From an uncultured virus (IMG/VR IMGVR_UViG_3300030102_004953) (Duplodnaviria; Heunggongvirae; Uroviricota; Caudoviricetes), in the IMG/VR virus record IMGVR_UViG_3300030102_004953: a stretch of 64,000 nucleotides of DNA; one strand, 5' to 3'. The notes below the pieces were generated by a model. The model worked only from the letters and a program-made list of their open reading frames with translations. It was not told where the DNA came from and did not search any database. Positions 39,907 to 49,386 of the stretch are shown piece by piece. The translations under genes were made by a program, and so were the position numbers. Each line of letters opens with the position of its first letter. Positions within the stretch are counted from its first letter, which is position 1.

Positions 39907-40401
39907 CTATATATCTTTTACTGATTTTTCTTGGTTTTCTTTTTCTTCTTTAATTTCTTTCTTAAACTCTTTTTTCTTACCACCGTGGTAATCATAAGCG
40001 TGTCCTTCTTCTATTAAGATATCATTCACACTTACCCAACCATCAGCTGTACAATCTATACTATGATTCTCATCTAATATACATTCGCTGATGTAAGGAC
40101 CTACATTATCTGGATCTACAAATATCTCTCCAAGAACTCTACCAAATTTACCTGTTCCGAATGATTTAAGTTTAAAAACTCCGCCTTCTAATAATTCTTT
40201 ATTACGAGCTTTAGCTGCTAAACCTTTTTCTTTTTCAGCTAAATCTCTTGTTCTTGATTCCCAAGTATCGATACCCATATATCGAACTCTCTTCTTAATC
40301 TTAATATCAAATCCCAAGTCGATATAACAATCGATTGTATCTCCATCTAAAACTTTTATTAGTTCTGCTTCATACTCACGAGCATCAAGTTTTTTTGCCA
40401 T
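39907..40401 (-). CDS. Thermonuclease (SNase-like)
   Basis: DGDTID, GIDTWES, GKFGRVLG. Confidence 0.85.
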   Translation of the reverse strand: MAKKLDAREYEAELIKVLDGDTIDCYIDLGFDIKIKKRVRYMGIDTWESRTRDLAEKEKGLAAKARNKELLEGGVFKLKSFGTGKFGRVLGEIFVDPDNVGPYISECILDENHSIDCTADGWVSVNDILIEEGHAYDYHGGKKKEFKKEIKEEKENQEKSVKDI

Positions 40402-40617
40402 AACAAATCTCCATTAAGGTTACACCTATAAATAGAGTTTGAAATGACTTTTAAATTTCTATCTTTTTTCTGTAATCTTTAACTAACTTAACAACTCTTT
40501 TTAGAGCGTAAGTAGGGTCATTACCTTTTTCGATAGAGCCCATTATATGTTTTGTATAAACATCAAAGACTAACTTAAACTTCTTTTTTTCTTTTGTTGA
40601 TAACATTTATCAATCTC

Positions 40618-41196
40618 CTATTTTGCTATTAAATCAACCGCATCATCTAACTGAAATATTCTATTCTTAGCATCGATATCTTGATTGTATGGTGCATTCA
40701 TCAAAATAAAACCATCCTCAAAACCTCTTTGCTCTTTCCAATATCGCCAGTTATTTGGCGAATCATCTATTAAATAATCTACAGGTGTTTTAGCTTTTTC
40801 AAAACCTCTTCTAAAGTATATTGTATCAAAGTTAAGTTCGTGTTTACCTAACCAATAAGTTGTAAAGTGTCTAGCGTGTGGCTTTTGTGAAGTAACACAA
40901 ACAAATCTAACACCAATATCTTCACCCCATAAAATCATATCTTTCATCTGCTTAACATTCTCTTCGAAAGCTGGAGATTCACCCATAATCTCTTTAGCAT
41001 AATCATCCCAATATATCTTTTGTAAATCAGGTTTACTTGCTCTAAAGTTCTCTGATAACTTCCAATTATTTATACCTGTATAATCTTCAGGCAAATATTG
41101 TGGATAATGTTCTTTAACTACTCTCTCTAACCCTTGACAAAAATCTCTAAGTACACCATCTACATCAATTCCTACAGTAACATTTAATTTTTTCAA
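40618..41196 (-). CDS. 5'(3')-deoxyribonucleotidase (HAD)
   Basis: DVDGVL, VTS, LIDD, APYN. Confidence 0.8.
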   Translation of the reverse strand: MKKLNVTVGIDVDGVLRDFCQGLERVVKEHYPQYLPEDYTGINNWKLSENFRASKPDLQKIYWDDYAKEIMGESPAFEENVKQMKDMILWGEDIGVRFVCVTSQKPHARHFTTYWLGKHELNFDTIYFRRGFEKAKTPVDYLIDDSPNNWRYWKEQRGFEDGFILMNAPYNQDIDAKNRIFQLDDAVDLIAK

Positions 41197-41197
41197 T

Positions 41198-41350
41198 TTA
41201 GTAACCCCTTAATAATTTATCCATTTCAGACCAAGCTTCCATACCATTAACAAAACCAAACATTATCCTTAACAAGAAAAAACCTGCTAACAAAATCAAA
41301 ACCAATTCACCCACATTGAAAAAATCTTCCATTGTAAACTTTTTTTTCAT
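41198..41350 (-). CDS. Small membrane protein (50 aa)
   Basis: Hand-translated MKKKFTMEDFF...; AGGAG RBS. Confidence 0.55.
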   Translation of the reverse strand: MKKKFTMEDFFNVGELVLILLAGFFLLRIMFGFVNGMEAWSEMDKLLRGY

Positions 41351-41388
41351 TATAAACTCCTAAAATTTTTCGGCATAAGCCGAGGGCG

Positions 41389-42555
41389 CTATATAGCACC
41401 CTCAACTTCTGCTTCTTCTTCTACTTCTTCATTGAAGATGTTTTCATCAGAACCATCATTAACGTACTTCTGTACTAACTGCTTAATAAAGGTTCTCTCT
41501 GAATCAACACCATCATCAGCAAACTGAGGGTAAACCGTAACCTCAGCAGCCTCATCAAGTCCGAAGCCATCAAAAACGAGAGCAGCCATCTCAACTGAAG
41601 TTCTTGTTGAGATACCAGTCGATAACTTACCAGCCTCTGATTTAGATTCCACACGAGACATATGAGATATCTCACTAATAGCTTTTAGTAAATCACCATC
41701 AACGTGAGGATACATATACTGAAGTAATCCAAACTCTTCTTCATCATTCAGAACATCCATCTCAACAATAATGAATCTGTCCATCAAAGCCTTATCCATA
41801 ACTCTTGTAGAAGTATACTCATTACCAATGTTAGCCGTAGCTACGAAAGTAACACCCTCTGCAACATTGACAGTCTCAGCACCATCTGCCTCATCTAACC
41901 TTAGATATCTCTGACCTGAATCAAGAACAGTCATCAAGATATTCCAAGCATCAGGATGAGCCCTTGACAACTCGTCAAGTAGAATCACAGCGTTAGGAGT
42001 CCTAAGAGCCTTTACAAAAAGTGATTCAGAAAAGTAAGTACCCTTCTTCTTATCGAAGTGAGTATTACCAATCAAGGTAGAGCGAGGATCCTGAGTAGCT
42101 CCCAAATTAAAGTAGAAGTCAGGTCTGTCAAGTGAGTTAACAAGTGATTTAGCAGCCAGAGTTTTACCACAACCAGCAGGACCTGTCATCAAAATATTCT
42201 TACCACGAACAGCAGAACGAACAAGGTACTTCCACTTTAGTTCTTTCATAACCAAACCTTCAGGCTTTAGATTATAAGAAGAGTGAATAAAGTTAAGAAC
42301 TTCTGCGTGATCGGTAGGTATATCAACTGAAGATACATCAAATACAGGAGCAGATGTTGCTTCGAAAACACTCATTGGAACTTTCCACCAATAAGTCCTA
42401 CCATTCTTACCCTCTCTCTTTTCAAGAGCCATACCTTGTTTAAAAGCACTCTTACGAGTACCATTTGAGATATCAGAGGTATATTTGTTACCATCCTTAT
42501 CCCAAGCATTATATCTGTTACCAGACATTTCGATTTTTACAACTGTTTTATTCAT
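41389..42555 (-). CDS. MoxR/CbbQ-like AAA+ ATPase
   Basis: GPAGCGKT, ILLDE, ATAN, ALMDRF, STR; start likely MNKTVV. Confidence 0.85.
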   Translation of the reverse strand: MNKTVVKIEMSGNRYNAWDKDGNKYTSDISNGTRKSAFKQGMALEKREGKNGRTYWWKVPMSVFEATSAPVFDVSSVDIPTDHAEVLNFIHSSYNLKPEGLVMKELKWKYLVRSAVRGKNILMTGPAGCGKTLAAKSLVNSLDRPDFYFNLGATQDPRSTLIGNTHFDKKKGTYFSESLFVKALRTPNAVILLDELSRAHPDAWNILMTVLDSGQRYLRLDEADGAETVNVAEGVTFVATANIGNEYTSTRVMDKALMDRFIIVEMDVLNDEEEFGLLQYMYPHVDGDLLKAISEISHMSRVESKSEAGKLSTGISTRTSVEMAALVFDGFGLDEAAEVTVYPQFADDGVDSERTFIKQLVQKYVNDGSDENIFNEEVEEEAEVEGAI

Positions 42556-42586
42556 TTCGGTTTTTTTCCTTTTCATTTTACTCTAG

Positions 42587-42616
42587 ATCTTAATACATTT
42601 TGACCATACAAGTCAA
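42587..42616 (-). promoter_or_regulatory. sigma70-type promoter
   Basis: TTGACT-18-TAAGAT. Confidence 0.75.
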
Positions 42617-42852
42617 GCTTTTTTTTCACTTTTTTTAAATAATTTTTCAACCTCTTTTTTAGGCATATAATCTAAATCCCAATGGGTTGATTTAGCACCT
42701 TTAGAATGAGGACCTAATCTGATTCTTTTTTCCATTGGTCTCACAGTCTTATTACCTTTTTGATGTGGTGGGTCATATGGACAATTTTGACAAATCAAAC
42801 CACAGCAATAACCACGTGCCAACAACTTATCTCTTGAAATAGTTGTATTCAT
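42613..42852 (-). CDS. Cys-rich small protein (DUF5522-like)
   Basis: RGYCCGLICQNCPY. Confidence 0.65.
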   Translation of the reverse strand: MNTTISRDKLLARGYCCGLICQNCPYDPPHQKGNKTVRPMEKRIRLGPHSKGAKSTHWDLDYMPKKEVEKLFKKSEKKA

Positions 42853-43334
42853 TTATTTCTTTTAAAGTTTTTTTTCATATCTAAATACTCAGTATCTTCT
42901 CTAGCCATCTTCCAATATTTTTGAAATATTAGACTACTATCCATAAATCTTTGTTCATTCCTATCATAAGGTAATACTCTCCACTCACCATCATTAATCC
43001 ATTTTTTACCTGAACTATGATTCCAATATCTACGACTACGTGTGAATCCCATATGTAGATATTTCTTAGCCATATCAGCACCTACAAAATCACCTTGTTC
43101 TATATATTCTAAGAACTTTATATAAATTAGATTACAAGATAGTTGTGCTTCTTCTGGTGTTTTAAATCTCCACAATGGATGTAGTTCTGATTTGTAAGGT
43201 TCACAAGTTAACACACCTTGTTGTCCTCTACCTATTTCATATAGGTGCGGATTCTTACGATAGTCTATGTTTGATTTCCACTTGTAATTGTCATAGTCAA
43301 AATCTACGTATGTTGGTTTATTTCTTTCAGCCAT
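42849..43334 (-). CDS. DUF4385-like protein
   Basis: GRGQQGVL.CEPYKSE...WRFKTP...DMAKKYLHMGFTRSRRY. Confidence 0.75.
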   Translation of the reverse strand: MAERNKPTYVDFDYDNYKWKSNIDYRKNPHLYEIGRGQQGVLTCEPYKSELHPLWRFKTPEEAQLSCNLIYIKFLEYIEQGDFVGADMAKKYLHMGFTRSRRYWNHSSGKKWINDGEWRVLPYDRNEQRFMDSSLIFQKYWKMAREDTEYLDMKKNFKRNK

Positions 43335-44109
43335 TATTAACCTTTATCTTTTTTATCTCTACATCCTCTATACCCTTTACTTTTGGATATGGTAATGCAG
43401 GATACTTTAATCCTTTTTTTGCTTTTCGTATATCTGTTTTACTTCCTAACAAGTAAACATACCTATGCTTTCTTAATTCTTTTTTAATCCAAAAATCTTT
43501 AGGAACTAAGTTACGAAGTTTTTCAACATCGTTAGTTCCATAGTATGGAAATATAGTTCTGCCGTGTTGCCACTCACCACCCTCATTCCACTTGAATAAC
43601 CAACTATCATTAGGTCTAATCTTGTTACCTTGATAAATCCAATTTGTAGCCTGATATATTGTACCCACGTGTCCCTCTTGTGGGTCAGCGTAAGATATTA
43701 ATCCTTTTATATGTGGTTTGTTTTCTTTCAACCATTTAAATCCTTTTCCTATAAGATACGATTCTATATTACCACCATAACCATCGTGTACAAATAACCT
43801 TACTAACTCATATACATTCTCTCTTGGTATCTCAGTAGATATAGATGCGCCTGAATGTCTACCGATTGGGTCACCATAACATATAACACCAATTAGTCTT
43901 TCATCAGCTTCATCAAAGAATTTATGTTGACTTCCATCAGAGTAAAATAATCCTAAAGCCACACTACACTTTGTCCACTTGTGTGAATAATGATTTTCTA
44001 TAATCATCTCTCTTGCTATTTTTCTGTCTATTTCTTTAACAGATAACTTGGTAGTATCTACTTTATTTTCATTACCCATTTTCTCATCCTCTTTGGTAGA
44101 ACTTCCCAA
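43327..44109 (-). CDS. Second Mom-like (GNAT) DNA modification enzyme
   Basis: NHYS, ELVRL, ISYAD..EGHVGTIYQATNW.YQG, KHRY; start may be 44079. Confidence 0.8.
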   Translation of the reverse strand: MGSSTKEDEKMGNENKVDTTKLSVKEIDRKIAREMIIENHYSHKWTKCSVALGLFYSDGSQHKFFDEADERLIGVICYGDPIGRHSGASISTEIPRENVYELVRLFVHDGYGGNIESYLIGKGFKWLKENKPHIKGLISYADPQEGHVGTIYQATNWIYQGNKIRPNDSWLFKWNEGGEWQHGRTIFPYYGTNDVEKLRNLVPKDFWIKKELRKHRYVYLLGSKTDIRKAKKGLKYPALPYPKVKGIEDVEIKKIKVNNG

Positions 44110-44576
44110 CCATTTAACTCATCTATAATTTTTGATTTACTACTCATACTAATTCTATCTTTAGAATATAACTCTTTCAAATACTTTACAGTATTTTGAT
44201 AACCATTTTCTTTGTAGTGTAATACAGCTTTATTAAATAACCTATCATAACTTATGTGGTTTACAGGCTTTGGTATATCCTTAATTACTTTTTTAGGTTT
44301 AGGATTGTATAAGTTGTGATAATATTGTTCCAGCCATTTATCCCAATTACCACCAACTGATTTGTATTTTCTAGTAGTGCCTGTACTTCTTCTATCTAAT
44401 CTTTTTAGATTGTTTGAAGCTGTCTTACTTACAGGCTGAACATATCCGCCTGTCTTGTGTGGATATACTGTATGAGCTGAGTAAGCCTCTACTTCAGAAC
44501 ACTCTAAACATTCGGTGTAACCTAAGTGTGCTCTTTGTTTATCTAACTCAGTACTACACTTTTTACATTCATTCAT
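44058..44576 (-). CDS. Zinc-finger hypothetical protein
   Basis: CKKC...R...GY..CLECS. Confidence 0.6.
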   Translation of the reverse strand: MNECKKCSTELDKQRAHLGYTECLECSEVEAYSAHTVYPHKTGGYVQPVSKTASNNLKRLDRRSTGTTRKYKSVGGNWDKWLEQYYHNLYNPKPKKVIKDIPKPVNHISYDRLFNKAVLHYKENGYQNTVKYLKELYSKDRISMSSKSKIIDELNGWEVLPKRMRKWVMKIK

Positions 44577-44581
44577 ATTAG

Positions 44582-44611
44582 ATCTTACGAATAAAGTTAC
44601 ATAATTGTCAA
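44582..44611 (-). promoter_or_regulatory. sigma70-type promoter
   Basis: TTGACA-18-TAAGAT. Confidence 0.75.
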
Positions 44612-44619
44612 GTCTTTTT

Positions 44620-44820
44620 TTAGTTTTTTAAAGGCTCCACATCAGGATAATCTAAAACCTTAAACGTTAGAATTGTTTGTTCACCCTCCCATACCTCATA
44701 CTCATCAAGCATACAATATGGTGTTGACATACTTTTTATAACAAACTCTTCTTGTTCTTTACTATTACAAATTATGGTAATCTTATTACCACTTGCTTTT
44801 ATATATAATGGTTTAGCCAT
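44620..44820 (-). CDS. Hypothetical protein
   Basis: Overlap-coupled ORF. Confidence 0.5.
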   Translation of the reverse strand: MAKPLYIKASGNKITIICNSKEQEEFVIKSMSTPYCMLDEYEVWEGEQTILTFKVLDYPDVEPLKN

Positions 44821-45133
44821 TTCTTATTTTAGTGGCTGATATCTCCCTTATATCATCAGGTGGTAAATGTTCTATAATCTTGTAACCTACATCTCTACCA
44901 TAGTTTATACTTTCTATATCAGGTATAATCATAACCTTTACGTTATCATAGTTTCTATAGGCGTGTTCTATACCTTGTTGAACCTGATTTGCATTCCACG
45001 GATTGTTCTCATCGGTTTCCATATCACGTACGCAAATTAAAACGTTTTTACCTTGTTTTAGTTTTTGGTCTATTAACCATTTATGTCCATCGTGAAAGGG
45101 TTGCCATCTACCCACAAACATTGAGTATTTCAT
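44813..45133 (-). CDS. Minimal HxGH nucleotidyltransferase (cytidylyltransferase/ATP-sulfurylase-like)
   Basis: GRWQPFHDGH, YGRDVG, ISATKIR. Confidence 0.75.
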   Translation of the reverse strand: MKYSMFVGRWQPFHDGHKWLIDQKLKQGKNVLICVRDMETDENNPWNANQVQQGIEHAYRNYDNVKVMIIPDIESINYGRDVGYKIIEHLPPDDIREISATKIRNG

Positions 45134-45548
45134 TGAACGTCTCCTCTTCTGAGTTATTTGTATTTATATATGTAAAATTTTTCTTTGGTGGTTGGTAATC
45201 CTCAACAAAGTAATCTTCTCTACCTCTAACTTGTGTAGTCTGTAGATAAAATTCTTTAACCTCACAACTTTTTTTTAGTTTCTCTCTCATATCCCTATAG
45301 GGTGATACAAAAGAACATATTACAGTGTAACCTTTATCGTGTAAAACTCTAGCCATATCCATAGCAAATTGTATATTCTGTCTCCTACCTTTCTCAGAAT
45401 AATCTTTATTCTGCATTACAGCTCTTAAATCATCACCATCTAAATGTATGATGTTCTCAAGTTGTAGAGCTTCAGAATATCGCTTGTATAACTTTGTAGC
45501 CATTGTAGTTTTACCTGCACCTGGCTGTCCTGTAAACCATATTATCAT
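45108..45548 (-). CDS. cysC: Adenylylsulfate kinase
   Basis: IWFTGQPGAGKTT, LDGDDLR, GRRQN, FVSPY. Confidence 0.85.
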   Translation of the reverse strand: MIIWFTGQPGAGKTTMATKLYKRYSEALQLENIIHLDGDDLRAVMQNKDYSEKGRRQNIQFAMDMARVLHDKGYTVICSFVSPYRDMREKLKKSCEVKEFYLQTTQVRGREDYFVEDYQPPKKNFTYINTNNSEEETFNEILNVCG

Positions 45549-45549
45549 A

Positions 45550-46302
45550 TTATCTAAATGGTGGACCTGTACACCAAAACACTAATGATTTTCTTACACC
45601 AGCATTTACAGGCGATACCCTATGTAGCATATAAGATGGAAAAATTACTGCTGAGTTTCCAACTCTTGGTACAGCCAGGTTTTCTTTCGCTTGTTTAAAT
45701 TCTAAATCACCACCATTAAAATCAACCTCAGGTTCATTTAATAATACTGTTATACTAAGTTTTCTAATCGATGATAACCCAGCACCTATATCCATATGCC
45801 AATCGTAGTGAGAACCTTGTTCATCATATATAGTATATTGTATACCAGTCTCCCAATGTCCCCAAATATCAAACTTAAACAAATCTCTATTTGCTTGAGC
45901 TATCAACCAAGATATTTTATCAAATAACCATCGAGTATCAGGATTCATACCAATCCATTTTACTTTTGATTTTCTAAAATCAACATTACGCCAAGGTTGG
46001 TCACCATTGGGTAAAGCTTCACCCATTTGTGGAATATCTTCTTCTAAACCATCTGCTATATTTTCTATCCAACCTAATTCTTCTTGAGTAAAAACATCAT
46101 TTACGACAGCCCAATCAGTTGGGTAAACTTCATAGGCTTTCTCGTGCCAATATCTATGATAACCAGATTCTAAAAAAGGTGTCCCCCAATTTTTGATATC
46201 ATCACCTCTTTCCTCGAATTTATCTTCAGGAACTTCATTATACTTATCATCAAGTGATGATGTTTGTGGACTGTCTATAGGTTTATCCCACAGTATAGCC
46301 AT
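45550..46302 (-). CDS. 2OG-Fe(II) oxygenase (PKHD-type)
   Basis: HYDWHMD, RKLS, GGDL, FPSYMLHRV, RKSLV. Confidence 0.9.
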   Translation of the reverse strand: MAILWDKPIDSPQTSSLDDKYNEVPEDKFEERGDDIKNWGTPFLESGYHRYWHEKAYEVYPTDWAVVNDVFTQEELGWIENIADGLEEDIPQMGEALPNGDQPWRNVDFRKSKVKWIGMNPDTRWLFDKISWLIAQANRDLFKFDIWGHWETGIQYTIYDEQGSHYDWHMDIGAGLSSIRKLSITVLLNEPEVDFNGGDLEFKQAKENLAVPRVGNSAVIFPSYMLHRVSPVNAGVRKSLVFWCTGPPFR

Positions 46303-46526
46303 TAATACTCATCTCCATACAAGCTATATTTCTTTACAGGTTTAGGTGCTATCACACCATCCTCAGTATAAACTTTTCCATCTTTTGCATCTACTACAAA
46401 TTCTGTAGCTGATGTTTCCATAAAAATAGCATTTAGAGCATCAGTTAGCGTAGTGTGAATTGTATCATCATTCTCTAACATCCATCTATCACCTGGTGGT
46501 ACTCTTGTAGCAGCTAGTTGTTTCAT
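46302..46526 (-). CDS. Hypothetical protein
   Basis: Overlap-coupled ORF. Confidence 0.55.
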   Translation of the reverse strand: MKQLAATRVPPGDRWMLENDDTIHTTLTDALNAIFMETSATEFVVDAKDGKVYTEDGVIAPKPVKKYSLYGDEY

Positions 46527-47347
46527 TTTCTTCCTCCATCAATCATATGTTTAGGTAGTTGGTCATCAAAGTGTCTTTTTATTATTACAACTGGTAAATT
46601 AGGATTCATATTACTATATGCATAAATATCAAATGAGATTACTATTCTCATATCATCGCCAGTTGGTTCCACTCCGTGTTTTAAGTGTGATGGAAATAAT
46701 ACAACATCACCCTCTATTGGTTTTATCTTAACTGATTCTACTCCTACATCACCTGTATTATATTCTTCTTCTATTCTCCTATCGTTTCTCCACAAGTAAT
46801 CAAATACGTTTAAGTGATTTCTATAAAAACTTAGATTAGGATTATTATTCTTTGGTAACTTAACATAATATATGCCAGATACGCAACCTCCTGTATGGTC
46901 GTGTATTGGTATCGCTGTCTTAGCTGATTGTACATTGAACCACGATTTACCTATTACAAAATCTTGATTAATTAAATCAATGTTTAAATCGTATAGATAT
47001 TTTTCTAAGTGAACATTTAAATTTGAAAACAATTCTAAAAATAATGGGGTTTCTATATTATGTAGTCCACGCACATCTTTGTTATGTTCCATAGGATGTG
47101 ATGATGAGTATCCAAAGCCAGAAGAGTTGGATAATTGCATATTAGGATTAGCCTCATCTTGTTGGTATATATTATGTAACTCTACTTCTAACTTACTATT
47201 TAAATCTGATATAGCTTGTGGATTAGCTATAGGTTTTCTGTATATAGGATAATCAAATATCTTTGTGTAGACATTTTCATCCAAAGCATCTCTCTCTCCA
47301 TATTCAAATGTAGGCATTAGTATATACTCTCTGGTTTCCAATTCCAA
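46523..47347 (-). CDS. 2OG-Fe(II) oxygenase (TIGR02466-like)
   Basis: SWFN, HDH, SGIYY, FPSHLKHGV, RIVISF. Confidence 0.85.
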   Translation of the reverse strand: MELETREYILMPTFEYGERDALDENVYTKIFDYPIYRKPIANPQAISDLNSKLEVELHNIYQQDEANPNMQLSNSSGFGYSSSHPMEHNKDVRGLHNIETPLFLELFSNLNVHLEKYLYDLNIDLINQDFVIGKSWFNVQSAKTAIPIHDHTGGCVSGIYYVKLPKNNNPNLSFYRNHLNVFDYLWRNDRRIEEEYNTGDVGVESVKIKPIEGDVVLFPSHLKHGVEPTGDDMRIVISFDIYAYSNMNPNLPVVIIKRHFDDQLPKHMIDGGRK

Positions 47348-48045
47348 TTATGTAAAATATAATCCATTTTCCAAAACTTATTTTCTGACATATACCTTAA
47401 CATATCTTCATTATAATATTCCATCAATGGCTTTTTACCAAATCTTTCTTTTGAAGAAAATATATTTTTCTGTTTATCACTATTAGAAAATGAACGAATG
47501 TTATCAATATTAAAACTCAAGTGTGGTAACCCTTTTTGTATTTCAATAAAATCTTCTTTTAGGTACTCTGCCCTTAATAAATAGTTTGGATTTCTGAACC
47601 AATTAGATTTTTCTTTACAAGCATCATAGTAAAATGATATAGGTGAAGCTAGTTCAAATCCAACCGAGAAATCATCCCACTTATCAAGTTCCATATGTAT
47701 CTCAAAGAACTCAGAAAACTCTAAGAACTTTCCTTTACTCCAAGTAAATGTTTTGTAATCTTGTCTATCGTGAAAAACTAAAAAGTAATGTGATAGTAGT
47801 CTAGCAGCTGGATGTCTTGTTGAACACACTATAGTAAAATCCTCAGCACCATCAGGACACAAGTAACCGTGATTAAATTGTCCTACACTATCATTGTATG
47901 TAAACATAGTGCCAGCATCGTAGAATATCTTATGACAATACCTTGAAGCGCACCTATCTGTAGCCCACCATAATAATTTATTAGAGTAGTCTACATTTGT
48001 GGGAATCTTGTAATCAGTTCCCTCTCTTAGAAGAAGAACCGCCAC
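47317..48045 (-). CDS. Sulfotransferase family 2-like protein
   Basis: RCASRY (5'-PSB-like), STRHPAARLLSHY (3'-PB R.P..R..S), RAEYLKEDF. Confidence 0.55.
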   Translation of the reverse strand: MAVLLLREGTDYKIPTNVDYSNKLLWWATDRCASRYCHKIFYDAGTMFTYNDSVGQFNHGYLCPDGAEDFTIVCSTRHPAARLLSHYFLVFHDRQDYKTFTWSKGKFLEFSEFFEIHMELDKWDDFSVGFELASPISFYYDACKEKSNWFRNPNYLLRAEYLKEDFIEIQKGLPHLSFNIDNIRSFSNSDKQKNIFSSKERFGKKPLMEYYNEDMLRYMSENKFWKMDYILHNWNWKPESIY

Positions 48046-48325
48046 TCTTTTTTAATCCTGCTTGTTTTATTAATGTTTCTAAATCAACTGATTTTTTGAA
48101 CTCTTCTATTTCATCTTCATCCAACTCATCTTCATACTCAAATTGTTCCTCGAAGTCAAGTAAAGCATCTTCAAGACTCTCTAAGTTATATAGGTCCTGT
48201 AGTAAGTCTGCTAACTTAGAGTTAGACATAGTGTTATCAGTTTTCATAACTGCTCTTATCAGAGATTTTATTTTTGTAACGAGTCTATCTGTTATTAGAT
48301 ATAATGGTTCTCTTTGTTCATTCAT
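48014..48325 (-). CDS. Acidic hypothetical protein
   Basis: Overlap-coupled ORF. Confidence 0.5.
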   Translation of the reverse strand: MNEQREPLYLITDRLVTKIKSLIRAVMKTDNTMSNSKLADLLQDLYNLESLEDALLDFEEQFEYEDELDEDEIEEFKKSVDLETLIKQAGLKKSGGSSSKRGN

Positions 48326-48615
48326 TATGGTGTCATACTCACGGGACCATCATATGGTATATACTTTTTAACAGGCTTATCATCATCATCTACCTTTTCT
48401 ATAGGATACTCTAAGTAGGTTTCTACTTCTTCTTTAAACTCATCTTCGTAGGTAAGTTGCTTTACTGATTCCTCTCCTACCTCAGGAAAATGTGTATCTA
48501 TTATATCTTGCACGTGAAGTTGTACTCTTCTTATAGAAGTAGCAGTTAGTAGTGCTAGATTCTTAAAGGTAGTTATCATCATCTTCAAAATCATCCCAAT
48601 CTCCTGCATCATCAC
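48325..48615 (-). CDS. Hypothetical protein (start uncertain)
   Basis: In-operon ORF. Confidence 0.45.
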   Translation of the reverse strand: MMMQEIGMILKMMITTFKNLALLTATSIRRVQLHVQDIIDTHFPEVGEESVKQLTYEDEFKEEVETYLEYPIEKVDDDDKPVKKYIPYDGPVSMTP

Positions 48616-48721
48616 CTATGGTGATTATTGTATCTAATGATGATATTACATCCTCAATAATATCCCAATCTTCGGTGTTGTAAGCCTCTTCTAATTTCTT
48701 TTTTATCTCGTTTAAAGTCAT
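48563..48721 (-). CDS. Small acidic protein (52 aa)
   Basis: Hand-translated MTLNEIKKKLEEAY...DDFEDDDNYL; GGAG RBS. Confidence 0.5.
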   Translation of the reverse strand: MTLNEIKKKLEEAYNTEDWDIIEDVISSLDTIITIGDDAGDWDDFEDDDNYL

Positions 48722-48818
48722 CAAAAACTCCCTTAAATTAATAACTTAGGTATTAGTTTCTCTTTTTATTTTCTTAACTTTTTAAAGTAAATAGTATACA
48801 AGTTAAGTTTTATGTTTG

Positions 48819-48890
48819 TAGCCCGTAGGGGAATCGAACCCCTGTTGCAGGAATGAAAATCCTGAGTCCTAACCACTAGACGAACGGGCC
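48819..48890 (-). tRNA. tRNA-Glu(TTC)
   Basis: Cloverleaf; CAGGA-TTTTCAT-TCCTG anticodon arm; GGTTCGATTCC T arm; no encoded CCA. Confidence 0.93.
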
Positions 48891-48895
48891 AGTAG

Positions 48896-49309
48896 TGGAG
48901 CTGGTGGGAATCGAACCCACGTCCAAACGCTTTCTCGATGAAGTCATTTACAGCTTAGTTAGTTTCAAATCGGTAGTAACTAACAACCCACCATATCCCC
49001 ATTTACTCAGATAGGTTTAACTGGTAGGGTTTATTGTCTCCCTACATTGACGATCGTGTCTAACTTGTTTTATGACCGAGTGTTAAACAAACTCAGTATC
49101 TTATGCAGCGTGTGCGTAAGATGGTTGAGAAGTACGAGCTGGTTCAATAAATGTATCAAACATACGCTCTGAATTAGCTAGATGCCAATCCACTTTCAAC
49201 CCTTGTAGCGATTTATCGCCATTTAGGTTTTGTGAGTCTTATTAAAGAGTCTACTCATACTCTGCTGCACTTCATTGTCAAATAACGCCTGTCGAAACCA
49301 GTCAGCCCC
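48896..49309 (-). ncRNA. ssrA: tmRNA
   Basis: GGGGCTG/CAGCTCCA acceptor with G3-U; GGTTTCGAC; GGACGTGGGTTCGATTCCCAC; tag frame ending YAHAA-TAA. Confidence 0.93.
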
Positions 49310-49313
49310 ATAG

Positions 49314-49386
49314 AGCCAGAGATAGGATTCGAACCTACGACCTAGTGATTACAAATCACTTGCTCTACCAACTGAGCTACTCTGGC
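49314..49386 (-). tRNA. tRNA-Thr(TGT)
   Basis: Canonical cloverleaf; AGTGA-TTTGTAA-TCACT anticodon arm. Confidence 0.95.
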
